Shown: piece by piece, positions 40,440-50,088 of the stretch | Numbering within the stretch: the stretch's first letter is position 1 | Layout: every line of letters starts with the position of its first letter | Virus record (IMG/VR): IMGVR_UViG_3300035498_000877 | Coordinates: 1-64,000 of that record | Length of the DNA stretch: 64,000 nucleotides | Reading direction: 5' to 3' (one strand) | Source of the DNA: a virus | Taxonomy: Duplodnaviria > Caudoviricetes | The notes under the pieces: generated by a model | The model's database searches: none | Told to the model about the DNA's origin: nothing | What the model saw: only the letters and a program-made list of their open reading frames with translations | Position numbers and translations under genes: made by a program

Positions 40440-41699
40440 TTATTTCTTATGCTTGGATAATATATCATCAAAATCAATATTGCAATTAAAGTTTATTTCT
40501 ATTTCTTCAGGCGAACTACTATCTTGCAATATTGTATTGCTTGTTGGCATTATTTCAGTAAGTCCATAATATCTGCCTTCTTTATCCTTAGCTATTAACA
40601 TATCATCATTTGTCATTCCAATGATTTTATATTCCTCTGTATTATTAGAATTATCCATATTACTTTTTGCCCCTTTACTTTTTGCATCTAATTCTTGAAT
40701 ATACAATTTATCCAAAAACCTTTTAAATATCTCAATAGCATGAGATCTTGATTTTAATGCATCATTATATCTATAAATATATCTAGGGCCTGTATCTCTA
40801 ACATGTATTGGTAAATCATAAGCATCAATAATATCATTAAAACTATAAACTCCTGGTAATGGTATAAATTTACTATCACCATCAGTTTCAGAATATGGGT
40901 CATATGCAGCTATATAAGTATATATAGAATCAGTTGCATAATGAAATGATATTTTAGCATCAATTTTATATTTTTCATCTTGTCTTCTTTTAGACAATGC
41001 TTCAAGAACTATTATGCCACTATGTATGTTTAACTGATATGCTGCATATACATAATCACAATCATTATATCTAAAATGATACTGATGATCACTATAATGC
41101 GATGTAACCATATGAGGTTTGGAATTTAATAATTCCTCAGTTTGATTGAATAGATCAAGATAAGTATATTTTTTCATTCTATTATTTATCTCCTTATATT
41201 CATTATAATATCTTAATAGTCTTGGCAATTGTTTATGTATGAAATATCTCATATCATTCCCATCTATCCATAGACACCTTATTTCATCAACCATATCTAC
41301 ATTATGGAATTCGCCTAATTTACCAATTTCAACAAATTTGAATTTATTAGAGGATAAATAATCTACTAAATAAACAAACATTCTATTGGTTTTATGATGA
41401 AATGAAAATCTAACCATTGGTACATATTTATCAGAATAAATTTCTTTATATATCTCTAAAACAATTGAATTCATTGGCATTACATATGCAATTGCTAGAT
41501 ATTTTATTCGTTCATGTTCTGATTCATTAATATTATCCGAAATTAATTCAAGTTGTTTATCACTAATATGATCAATAACTTTATGAGATTTTGATACTAG
41601 CAATTCTTTTGTGAAATTATATAAATCTCCATAAGTAAAAGGTTTAAAATCTTTTGTAAGGGTATATTTATCTGCTGCATCTATTTTGTGTTTCTTCAT
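40440..41699 (-). CDS. Hypothetical protein with two tandem DLxxxTxEL domains
   Basis: FTYGDLYNFTKELL.SK.H.V..H.SD.Q and YTYLDLFNQTEELL.SK.H.V..H.SD.Q, each followed by IVLE..SFH. Confidence 0.75.
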   Translation of the reverse strand: MKKHKIDAADKYTLTKDFKPFTYGDLYNFTKELLVSKSHKVIDHISDKQLELISDNINESEHERIKYLAIAYVMPMNSIVLEIYKEIYSDKYVPMVRFSFHHKTNRMFVYLVDYLSSNKFKFVEIGKLGEFHNVDMVDEIRCLWIDGNDMRYFIHKQLPRLLRYYNEYKEINNRMKKYTYLDLFNQTEELLNSKPHMVTSHYSDHQYHFRYNDCDYVYAAYQLNIHSGIIVLEALSKRRQDEKYKIDAKISFHYATDSIYTYIAAYDPYSETDGDSKFIPLPGVYSFNDIIDAYDLPIHVRDTGPRYIYRYNDALKSRSHAIEIFKRFLDKLYIQELDAKSKGAKSNMDNSNNTEEYKIIGMTNDDMLIAKDKEGRYYGLTEIMPTSNTILQDSSSPEEIEINFNCNIDFDDILSKHKK

Positions 41700-41715
41700 T
41701 ATAATAGTTTCCTCC

Positions 41716-42240
41716 TTAATCTGTATATACCCTTACATATCTATATTTCCATTTATCACATTTATATTTATCTCCTTCACATGATAGAATTGTATAATCA
41801 CAATACCACTTATCAGAATCATATGGTTTTATTTGATATCCCTCATTTGCTAAGTATGACATAAATTCATCTTTAGTAATTTCTCTATCAAATGTGAATG
41901 TAGTATCATCATATCCATCCCCATAATATATTGGTTTATGATAACACTTCTTATCAATACATTTAAATGATAAACTTTCTTCATGTTTTGTTGGGATATA
42001 TTTGATAATATCTGCTAATTCATATACTGAACCACTTTCTGTATGTAATGTTAGCAAATTATCATCTCTTGTTGTCTCCATAATACGAGTAGTTATCAAT
42101 AATACATTATCAGTAGATATATCAATATATACTGCTCTCTTATCTTCTGTGAGAGATATATGGAATATCTTACCATTTAATATATCTCCTCTAAATCCTT
42201 CCATTGGTTTTGTTAGTGTGTACAATCTCATTATTTGCAT
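41716..42240 (-). CDS. Hypothetical protein
   Basis: 174-aa ORF downstream of the helicase gene. Confidence 0.7.
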   Translation of the reverse strand: MQIMRLYTLTKPMEGFRGDILNGKIFHISLTEDKRAVYIDISTDNVLLITTRIMETTRDDNLLTLHTESGSVYELADIIKYIPTKHEESLSFKCIDKKCYHKPIYYGDGYDDTTFTFDREITKDEFMSYLANEGYQIKPYDSDKWYCDYTILSCEGDKYKCDKWKYRYVRVYTD

Positions 42241-42253
42241 TTCCTTTCATTAT

Positions 42254-44011
42254 TTATTCTTCATCATCATATTCAACAAAATCAGATTGTTGAATAAGTT
42301 TGATTCTCTTAGTTGCATTGGCTTTTTCTTTACCTATTATATCTATATCTGAAACTAATGATTGTAATGATAATACCTTATCAAGATTCATATCATCAAT
42401 CAATCTTAATCCATTATTCTTTGCAAATGGATGTGCTAAATATGTAAACTTAGCAAACTCAGCTTCAGATTGATCTATACGTCTTCTTTTAACTACACTT
42501 AGTTCCATAAACTTATCATCAGTTCCTGGTTTATATGTAATATTACACAGACATACGAAATCTGCTGTTTCGCATACTTCCCATGCTGTACCGATATGCT
42601 CACGTCCAACTTGTTTTAATGGATCTGCTTTACCTAATCTAACAACATTATCCATTATTCCTGCAGCTGCTCTATTTAATTGATGAGCTGTAATTACTGG
42701 AATATCCAATATTACAGCTAAAGCTTTTAATTCATTTGAAATATGATTCAATTCCAATTTCTCATTATCGGGAGTTGGAACTGCAGGTGCAATTCGTTTC
42801 ATATAATCTAATACAATTGCACATACTTCCATATTCTCATCTCTTAGATCTTGTACTAATGTAAATAGATCATCTGTTGATATTTCTCTATATGAAAAGT
42901 ATTTCATTACAATTTCTATATTAGATTTATTTTTAGGCTCTTTTATTAATTGAGCTTCTAATGAATTACTATTCTCATCTTTTACAGTTACATCTTCCTT
43001 CAATACCTTTGTGATACCTAATACATCACAAATCATATCAGTTGCTTCTTCTTCTGAATAATTTGTCATAGGTTCATCAAATTCCATATTCCATAATCTT
43101 TCAATAACTTCAGTAAAGAAATTTTCCATTGTAATATATAATACACATGGTTTCATTCCTGGAGTTCTTGGTTGATAATCTGGATTATATTTTCGAATAT
43201 CGATAGCAGTTTTCTGCAACATTATTGATTTACCAGAACCTACTGCTCCTGCATATACATATAATCTTCCATTCATATAAGCTGGTGATAATAATGTATT
43301 TAATCTTCGAATACCTACTTTGAGAAGATTGCTAGATGCTGTTAGTGATTGCATTGTTTGAGATATGGAAGTTCTAACACTATCTGGATCACTAGTATTG
43401 AATGTTATCTTATTAGCTACCAAATTTGTGTTATGTTGAATATCAAGTAATGATTTAGATACTAAGAATAATCTATCAACTATTTCTTTGAATGCTCCTG
43501 GCTTGTCCATATCAATATCATCAAGTAAATCTATATACTGATCTTTCAGTGCAGTTATATATCCATATTGAAGTGCTTCTGCAATTAAATCATATATTGA
43601 TTTTACTTCAGGAGATGTGATAATATTTGGATCATTAATAGACGAATTAATAATATCAGCCTTAATGTTATCATACTCAGGTTCTCTTTTAGCAATTTCT
43701 GCTATAAGTTCAGGAGTTGTATATCCATCTAGCCATTTTTTAGATACATATTTAATACACCATATGTATGATAACAATTCCTGGTTGTTAGAATATTTAG
43801 TTACGTCGATATTATTAAATAGGATATTAATATTTTTTACTGCTTTATATGACCGGAATCCTGGATGTTCCATTAATAATATCTTCATTATATTTTTTAA
43901 AATCGGTCTTTTAAAGAATACAGATATTTTATCTAATTTAATATCTCCTACTTTTTTAAGATCGGACTTTTGTTTTTTAGTTGCCATGATGCTACTACTT
44001 CCTTTCACCAT
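42254..44011 (-). CDS. dnaB: DnaB-like replicative helicase
   Basis: AGAVGSGKS Walker A, LYITMEN, IVLDY, PVITAHQLNR motifs. Confidence 0.88.
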   Translation of the reverse strand: MVKGSSSIMATKKQKSDLKKVGDIKLDKISVFFKRPILKNIMKILLMEHPGFRSYKAVKNINILFNNIDVTKYSNNQELLSYIWCIKYVSKKWLDGYTTPELIAEIAKREPEYDNIKADIINSSINDPNIITSPEVKSIYDLIAEALQYGYITALKDQYIDLLDDIDMDKPGAFKEIVDRLFLVSKSLLDIQHNTNLVANKITFNTSDPDSVRTSISQTMQSLTASSNLLKVGIRRLNTLLSPAYMNGRLYVYAGAVGSGKSIMLQKTAIDIRKYNPDYQPRTPGMKPCVLYITMENFFTEVIERLWNMEFDEPMTNYSEEEATDMICDVLGITKVLKEDVTVKDENSNSLEAQLIKEPKNKSNIEIVMKYFSYREISTDDLFTLVQDLRDENMEVCAIVLDYMKRIAPAVPTPDNEKLELNHISNELKALAVILDIPVITAHQLNRAAAGIMDNVVRLGKADPLKQVGREHIGTAWEVCETADFVCLCNITYKPGTDDKFMELSVVKRRRIDQSEAEFAKFTYLAHPFAKNNGLRLIDDMNLDKVLSLQSLVSDIDIIGKEKANATKRIKLIQQSDFVEYDDEE

Positions 44012-44056
44012 TTAATAATTTTATAATAAAATTTTTTAGAAAAGAGGTTATGAGAT

Positions 44057-47000
44057 ATGAAAGATATTAGTTCTTTATTTCTCACTGCGAAAGCAAGTGG
44101 ATCTCAAAAGGATGCTCTTGCATATTCTGAATGTATTCAAGACTTGTATCAGAATAAACCTAGTGAATATATCACAAAACTAGAATATATAATTCAATCT
44201 AATACTGGTTTAAATACATTCGATTCTTTCATTGAGAAATATGGTCTTCCAATATGTGCATATGATCATGTTATGCAGTGCTTTGAGAAATGTATAGATA
44301 AATGTAAGACTAATAAGAAAGATTCTTCTAAATATGAAGAAGAAAAAGAAAAACTTGAATCTTTCAAGAAGCAATATAAGAACTGCTTCTTGATGTATGA
44401 ATATTATCAGGATAAGTTAGATCCAAAATACTTCGATACTTACTATGGATTCAATGAGAATGGAATTCAGAAAAAGAAACTTATGGCTGGTATGATAAAT
44501 CAATTTGGAGAATCTGCAATTCCTGATATAATAATTACTGCTGATAAGATTGGCGATACTGCAATATATCAAACAGTTAAATATATTGAGTCATCTGATA
44601 AACTTGATGGTATTGCACATGAATTGATATCAGAATCATTTAAAGATATCAATATTAAATCAGATGCAATTACTGAGAAAGCACTTTCTCCAGTAGTAAT
44701 GAACATGATTCAGAGACATAATGCTCAGTTTACTGAAGCAATGGCTGTTCGAAATGATAATGCTGAGTATGATTATACTGAATCAGAAATAAATGCTATT
44801 CAGGATTTGATTTCATTATATGAATATCAAGTATTATGTCTTGAGGATGCTGATGAGAAACAGAAGTTGCAGAATACTATTTATTCTTTATATGAAGAGC
44901 TTGATGGTGTAATTGATGAATGTGGAAATATTATCAATTATAATGAAGGAAAGATTCTAGATAAAATCAAAGAGGTTCATAAAAAGAATAAGGAAAAACG
45001 TGGAGTAAAAAGTGAAGTATATGACCGTTTCCAGGATCTAGTAGATCATATTGCTCATATTGTAAAAGGCGAGATTAATTATGAGATAAAAGGATTTAAT
45101 AACAAAGCTAGATATTTTGATAGACTTCCAACTGATCCAAGTATAACAGTTACTGTAGGAAATGATCGTGAAGATATTTATGGTCTTAGTGCAGCAAGAA
45201 CATTAGTCGATGTTATGATGGCTGATAAATCTGAAGGAGATTTCTTTGAAAATTTATTCTTATTTATAAATATTGAATTCAAAACTAAGAGTTCATTAAC
45301 CAGAGGACAGAAAACTGATATCAGAAAAATTCTTGTTGATTCAATAAAGGAATCATGTACTCAATTAGTAAATAATAAAAAGATAGCATTGGATTTATCT
45401 CCTGAAGTTCATTCAGCAATGAATGATGATGTTAGTGGTAATAAAAGAACCACTACAAATACAACAACAAAAACTGATGCTGATGGAAATGTAGTAGATA
45501 AAAAAGTAGACATAGTAAATGAATATAAAACTACATGGACCTACAAGATATATGTCAATAAGAGCATTAAAGATGATATTGATTTTTCGGTATTTGAATC
45601 ATCTGATATAGATGAAGAAACTGCTGATTCAGTAATACCAATGTTACCAGCTAATGAGTCTGAATCATTGAGGCATGTCAATACTAGAAATAAGTTTTCT
45701 GGAGAAGCCCCGACATATTTGTCAAGTAATCACAATCTGAAATATGGTGAAGACGATTCAGATGAAGATAAAACTCTTGATGATTATAGAAGAGCATCAG
45801 CTGATGATAGACCTGAATCAGATGATGATCAAGTGGATGAACCTGATGTAGAACTTGATGATACTGATGGAGATACTGATACCGATGATAAGATTAAAAC
45901 AAATGATGATGACAATAGGGCTATTAATAATTACTATTATTATACCTATACCAATTCATTGAATAGGGTTAGCAATTCACATAATCAGGCTAATAGAGAT
46001 AATCATTCAGTTACAAGTTCTGATGATCATTCAATGAATAAAGGATCTAATAGAGATAATAATAGAAATAATAGATATGGAGAAGATACTCTAACTGAAG
46101 GATTATTTGATATATTTAATCGTACACATAATCAGGGAGATCCAGCATTTAGCAAAGCTAATGCAAATGCTCAGAATGAAATCAATCAGTTAAAATCAAA
46201 AGGTATATCTGATAAAATAATCAGAAAGCTAACTAATGATGTTCCAAATCATATTGAGATGTTAATAGATGATTGGAAAGTAGATGATGCCAATGATTAT
46301 CTCAAATTGCAATTTGATGTAGTTCCTGGAAAAGTATATGATGATTCAGGTACTAATATAGGACGTGATTTCCAGTATGTACCAATGGCAGCATATTATT
46401 TTTCTGATCAAATTTCTCCGTATGTTGGTAATATTATCTATGGTGGAAAACAATATCCTGATATTCCAGAGACAGAAGCATATATTGGCTTTGTAGAACC
46501 ACTTCAGCAATACATTAATTCATATGCTGGTGAATTAGATGATAAACCAACTGGAAATATATTAGCTGATATTAGAAAATATAATATCAAAGGTAAAAAG
46601 ATATATCTGAAATCTAATGGTCAGATTGGATTTGAACTTGATAGTGATATTGATCCTGAACATGAGATTGGTATTAACTATGATGGAAATAATCCTGAGC
46701 ATAGATGGACAGTTGGTCAAGGTGATACTGCATTTGAATCAGTTGCATTTAAAGAAGACGCTTCTGATCAAAAACCTGAATCAGATCATCCAATTAAAGA
46801 TACTGCAATGGATATTGATAGATCTCTTGGAAAAGTTCAGCAAGGAGCTAAGAGAAAAGTACAGAATGTGATCAATGCTGGTACTGCAATTACTAAACCA
46901 GTAAAACGAACATACCAATGGATTACAAAACTCGTATATGATTATAAAGATAAAGATGAAAATCGTATCAAAGAAGATATGGCCGATCCTAAGAAACGTA

Positions 47001-47353
47001 GCGGATTAATGAAAGCATTTCGTGAAGCTATAAGAATAGGAGCACTTGCTAAAGCAGGGCTTTTGCTAAATCCAGTATTTATGTATCTTAATATATCTAA
47101 TAAGATGAAAAAGAATGATAAAGAAAAAAGAATTCGAAGAGAGATTATTGGAGAATTAAGAACAGAATTAGATATCATGGATGAGAAGATCGAATATGCT
47201 AGAAGTCATGGTGATCAAAAGAATCAATATCAACTTATGCGTCTGAAGAATGAATTGCAAAAGAAACTTGTTCGTGTAAGTGGAGACGATTCTGGTGGAG
47301 TACCTAGTATGTGGAGAGCAGGAAGTCATAGACGTTTCAGTGAATTAGTCTAA
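44057..47353 (+). CDS. Large putative head polyprotein with inserted domains
   Basis: 1098 aa; many hydrophobic-X-E sites; D/N-rich linker; insert TLTE-GLFD...AFES contains IGFELDSDIDPEHEIGI (EHG-motif, DUF6985/DUF2004-like). Confidence 0.55.
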   Translation: MKDISSLFLTAKASGSQKDALAYSECIQDLYQNKPSEYITKLEYIIQSNTGLNTFDSFIEKYGLPICAYDHVMQCFEKCIDKCKTNKKDSSKYEEEKEKLESFKKQYKNCFLMYEYYQDKLDPKYFDTYYGFNENGIQKKKLMAGMINQFGESAIPDIIITADKIGDTAIYQTVKYIESSDKLDGIAHELISESFKDINIKSDAITEKALSPVVMNMIQRHNAQFTEAMAVRNDNAEYDYTESEINAIQDLISLYEYQVLCLEDADEKQKLQNTIYSLYEELDGVIDECGNIINYNEGKILDKIKEVHKKNKEKRGVKSEVYDRFQDLVDHIAHIVKGEINYEIKGFNNKARYFDRLPTDPSITVTVGNDREDIYGLSAARTLVDVMMADKSEGDFFENLFLFINIEFKTKSSLTRGQKTDIRKILVDSIKESCTQLVNNKKIALDLSPEVHSAMNDDVSGNKRTTTNTTTKTDADGNVVDKKVDIVNEYKTTWTYKIYVNKSIKDDIDFSVFESSDIDEETADSVIPMLPANESESLRHVNTRNKFSGEAPTYLSSNHNLKYGEDDSDEDKTLDDYRRASADDRPESDDDQVDEPDVELDDTDGDTDTDDKIKTNDDDNRAINNYYYYTYTNSLNRVSNSHNQANRDNHSVTSSDDHSMNKGSNRDNNRNNRYGEDTLTEGLFDIFNRTHNQGDPAFSKANANAQNEINQLKSKGISDKIIRKLTNDVPNHIEMLIDDWKVDDANDYLKLQFDVVPGKVYDDSGTNIGRDFQYVPMAAYYFSDQISPYVGNIIYGGKQYPDIPETEAYIGFVEPLQQYINSYAGELDDKPTGNILADIRKYNIKGKKIYLKSNGQIGFELDSDIDPEHEIGINYDGNNPEHRWTVGQGDTAFESVAFKEDASDQKPESDHPIKDTAMDIDRSLGKVQQGAKRKVQNVINAGTAITKPVKRTYQWITKLVYDYKDKDENRIKEDMADPKKRSGLMKAFREAIRIGALAKAGLLLNPVFMYLNISNKMKKNDKEKRIRREIIGELRTELDIMDEKIEYARSHGDQKNQYQLMRLKNELQKKLVRVSGDDSGGVPSMWRAGSHRRFSELV

Positions 47354-47390
47354 TGATTTCTAATATAATATGAAAGGAGGTGAATTAGGA

Positions 47391-47972
47391 GTGCCAACAG
47401 ATAATATATTTGAAAGATTTTTATTTGAAGCTCCAGATGATGATCCACCTGATGATGGAGGAGCTCCGCCAGATCTTGATGATACTATGGATATGGGAGA
47501 TACATCTGATGCATCTAATGATGATCCACCACCAGATATTGACGATGGAGCCGGAGGAGAAGGATTTGATACATTTGATGATCAATCTGATGATATGGGC
47601 GATCAAGGTGGAGATGATCAACCAAGTGAAGAAGATCAATTAAACAATATGAAGTTAAATGAAAAGATATCTGCGATAATGAATATGAATCTTTATCAAA
47701 GATATCTTTCACTATTGAATAATATATCAAATCAACTTACTATGATAAAGGATAATAATGACTTACTGTCATCAATCTCAAGTGAATCTTTAGATGTAGT
47801 AGAAGCACTGAATAAACTCGACGAGAATATTCATCTATATTTAAAGAATAACTTTATGAATGAGGACTATAGTAAGAATTTACTATTCTTTAATAAGTGC
47901 ATAAACTTATTAAAACTTTTGAATGATTCTTTTAATGACAAAGTACATAAAGGAATTAGATCAATAAAGTAA
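47391..47972 (+). CDS. Acidic Pro/Asp-rich protein upstream of the capsid gene (scaffold/core-like)
   Basis: GTG start after AAAGGAGGTG; FLFE-A site, DDPP repeats, helical C-terminus. Confidence 0.6.
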   Translation: MPTDNIFERFLFEAPDDDPPDDGGAPPDLDDTMDMGDTSDASNDDPPPDIDDGAGGEGFDTFDDQSDDMGDQGGDDQPSEEDQLNNMKLNEKISAIMNMNLYQRYLSLLNNISNQLTMIKDNNDLLSSISSESLDVVEALNKLDENIHLYLKNNFMNEDYSKNLLFFNKCINLLKLLNDSFNDKVHKGIRSIK

Positions 47973-48057
47973 CCATATGTTAAAAATCTACAAATCTACA
48001 ATCCAAACAAAATTGTGTTAGGTAGTAAAATATTTTAGTAAAGGAGATAATAAAGAT

Positions 48058-49914
48058 ATGAACAGACAGGGAAATGTCAGCTGGTTCTATGAATCAGCAG
48101 CTAACAATGGCAACAATGCCTATGTTGCACCAACTTCATCATTTGGTGCTTATCAGCAAGATAGCAATTTCAAGTCATTTGATGAAAAATTCAATGATCT
48201 TTGTAATGAGTATAAGGAGAGTGCTGGTATTGATATCAAGAAGGATATCACAGCAATGCTGTCAGATAAGGGATTCATGGAGGAGTATAAGCAGAGTTTG
48301 CTTGAGCCTGTATTTGAAGCTTATCTTGAGCAGTGCCCAAATGATCCTCATGCTAAGTCAGTAATTGATAATGTAGAGAGATTCTGGGATACAAAGGTTA
48401 AGTCATATACTGAGTCTGCTTCAATCACTGGTTTCCTTCCAATTGCTACATTGGAGTTCCCAGTTCTTGTTAAGCAGTTCTTCTCTTCAATTATGAAGGA
48501 TATCATTGAGGTTGAGTCTGTAAAGACACCTAATATCACAAAGCATGTTAGAACAACATACATGGTTGATAATCAGACAGGTGAAGAGTATGAATATCCT
48601 AGGTGCATGTTTGATGGTACATGGGAAAAGCTTTGGGAAGCATCTAAGGGTCATAAGATTCGTGAAGAGGTAGTTCCTCTTGATAATGGTAAGCTCTATA
48701 AGTTCCCTATTGTTGAGAAGCTTACAGATGGTGTTCCTGGAATTGATAAGCTTTCTTTCAATTTCAAGATCATTGCTATTCAGGTAGGTGGAGAAGTTGT
48801 AAATCTTCCTGGAAATGGAATCACAGTTGAGTTCTCTACAAATGGTACTCTTGTTAATGGTGATCTTAACTTCGAGCATGATGGAACTCAGATTGAGGAT
48901 ACAATTGCTGGTCAGGTTGATTTCAAGAATGGTACAGTTTCACTTGCAGCTACGAATGGTCAGGTTACAGGTGTTGTATTCCAGGGTTATCTTTCAAATG
49001 AGAAGAACCTTAGAAGTATCTCAGTTCGTGAGAAGAGAGATATTTTGAGATTCACAATTGAAGATGGTCCACGTTGGAACATGCCATTCTCTATTGAAGA
49101 GATTGAAGACGCAGCTGCTCTTCTTGATATTAATTACTACAATAGAATGGTAGATGAGATTACTCGTACACAGGAAATGCAGGAGTGCATGACTGTTATC
49201 AAGTTCTTGAATGATGAGTTTGCTAAGTTCAATGGTGTTAAGACTGATACATATAAGCTTGAGTCTCTTGCTAATACATATACAGTTGATATCAAGGCAC
49301 CGGATTACTTCGCAGGTGATCCATTTGATTACATTTCAAAAGCTATTCAGTTTAGAATGAAAGCTATTATTCATCAGATTGAAGAGACAACAAAGTTGGA
49401 TGATCTCTCATTTGTTGTATCTGGTAACCCAATGGCTTGCCAGTTAATAGCTCCATTCACAAGCTGGAAGATTTCTCAGGGTACATCAATTGGTGGTATC
49501 TCTGTAAATGGATCATATGGATTTGCTACAGATATGGGAGCAAATGTTCGTGTAGTTGCATCTAACCTTTATGATGCATATACAGTTGATCCTACAGATG
49601 AGACAGGTAAGCGTGAGCTTGTTCTTAACATCTATGCTTATCCTACATCACCTGATAGAATTACATTCCGTCATCTTAAGTATACATCACACTTGATGAC
49701 ATCTCAGAACCAGACGGCATATCAGTCAACACAGGCTCCTGGTGGTGCATATAACATTGTAACTGCTACATCAAGATTTAAGGATATGAGCATTCAGGGT
49801 ATTCAGGCTAGACTTGTTATCCTTAACTCTGATAAGGTTTATGGTTTAGCTCCAGAGATTCCTCCTATTGTTGGATCTCCATGGCTTGAGCCTACAGCAG
49901 CTGCACAGCCTTAA
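48058..49914 (+). CDS. Putative major capsid protein precursor
   Basis: 618 aa; codon usage typical of very high expression (AAG/GAG/CAG/TTC); N-terminal propeptide with FYES and YTES sites; strong downstream terminator; head-gene context. Confidence 0.65.
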   Translation: MNRQGNVSWFYESAANNGNNAYVAPTSSFGAYQQDSNFKSFDEKFNDLCNEYKESAGIDIKKDITAMLSDKGFMEEYKQSLLEPVFEAYLEQCPNDPHAKSVIDNVERFWDTKVKSYTESASITGFLPIATLEFPVLVKQFFSSIMKDIIEVESVKTPNITKHVRTTYMVDNQTGEEYEYPRCMFDGTWEKLWEASKGHKIREEVVPLDNGKLYKFPIVEKLTDGVPGIDKLSFNFKIIAIQVGGEVVNLPGNGITVEFSTNGTLVNGDLNFEHDGTQIEDTIAGQVDFKNGTVSLAATNGQVTGVVFQGYLSNEKNLRSISVREKRDILRFTIEDGPRWNMPFSIEEIEDAAALLDINYYNRMVDEITRTQEMQECMTVIKFLNDEFAKFNGVKTDTYKLESLANTYTVDIKAPDYFAGDPFDYISKAIQFRMKAIIHQIEETTKLDDLSFVVSGNPMACQLIAPFTSWKISQGTSIGGISVNGSYGFATDMGANVRVVASNLYDAYTVDPTDETGKRELVLNIYAYPTSPDRITFRHLKYTSHLMTSQNQTAYQSTQAPGGAYNIVTATSRFKDMSIQGIQARLVILNSDKVYGLAPEIPPIVGSPWLEPTAAAQP

Positions 49915-49984
49915 TTAGCTTTTTAATAATTCCAATCATCCTCCATTGGATATTATTATGCCTATACGATTCGGAAACTTGCCG

Positions 49985-50020
49985 TAGTGTAAGAGGGTGC
50001 TTCGGTACCCTCTTACATTA
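49985..50020 (+). terminator. Strong terminator with cUUCGg tetraloop
   Basis: TAGTGTAAGAGGGTGC-TTCG-GTACCCTCTTACATTA, then GCTTTT. Confidence 0.85.
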
Positions 50021-50088
50021 GCTTTTGCCTAATTACTATTTTATAATTAGTAAAAAATCTTAGATTATAATAAAGGAGGAAACTCGAT

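Noticed and set aside
48001-48020. AR9-type late promoter AACA-N6-T[AG] before the capsid (and sheath) gene
   Set aside because: It matches here and near 60891 but not before several other structural genes; too short to support in AT-rich DNA.
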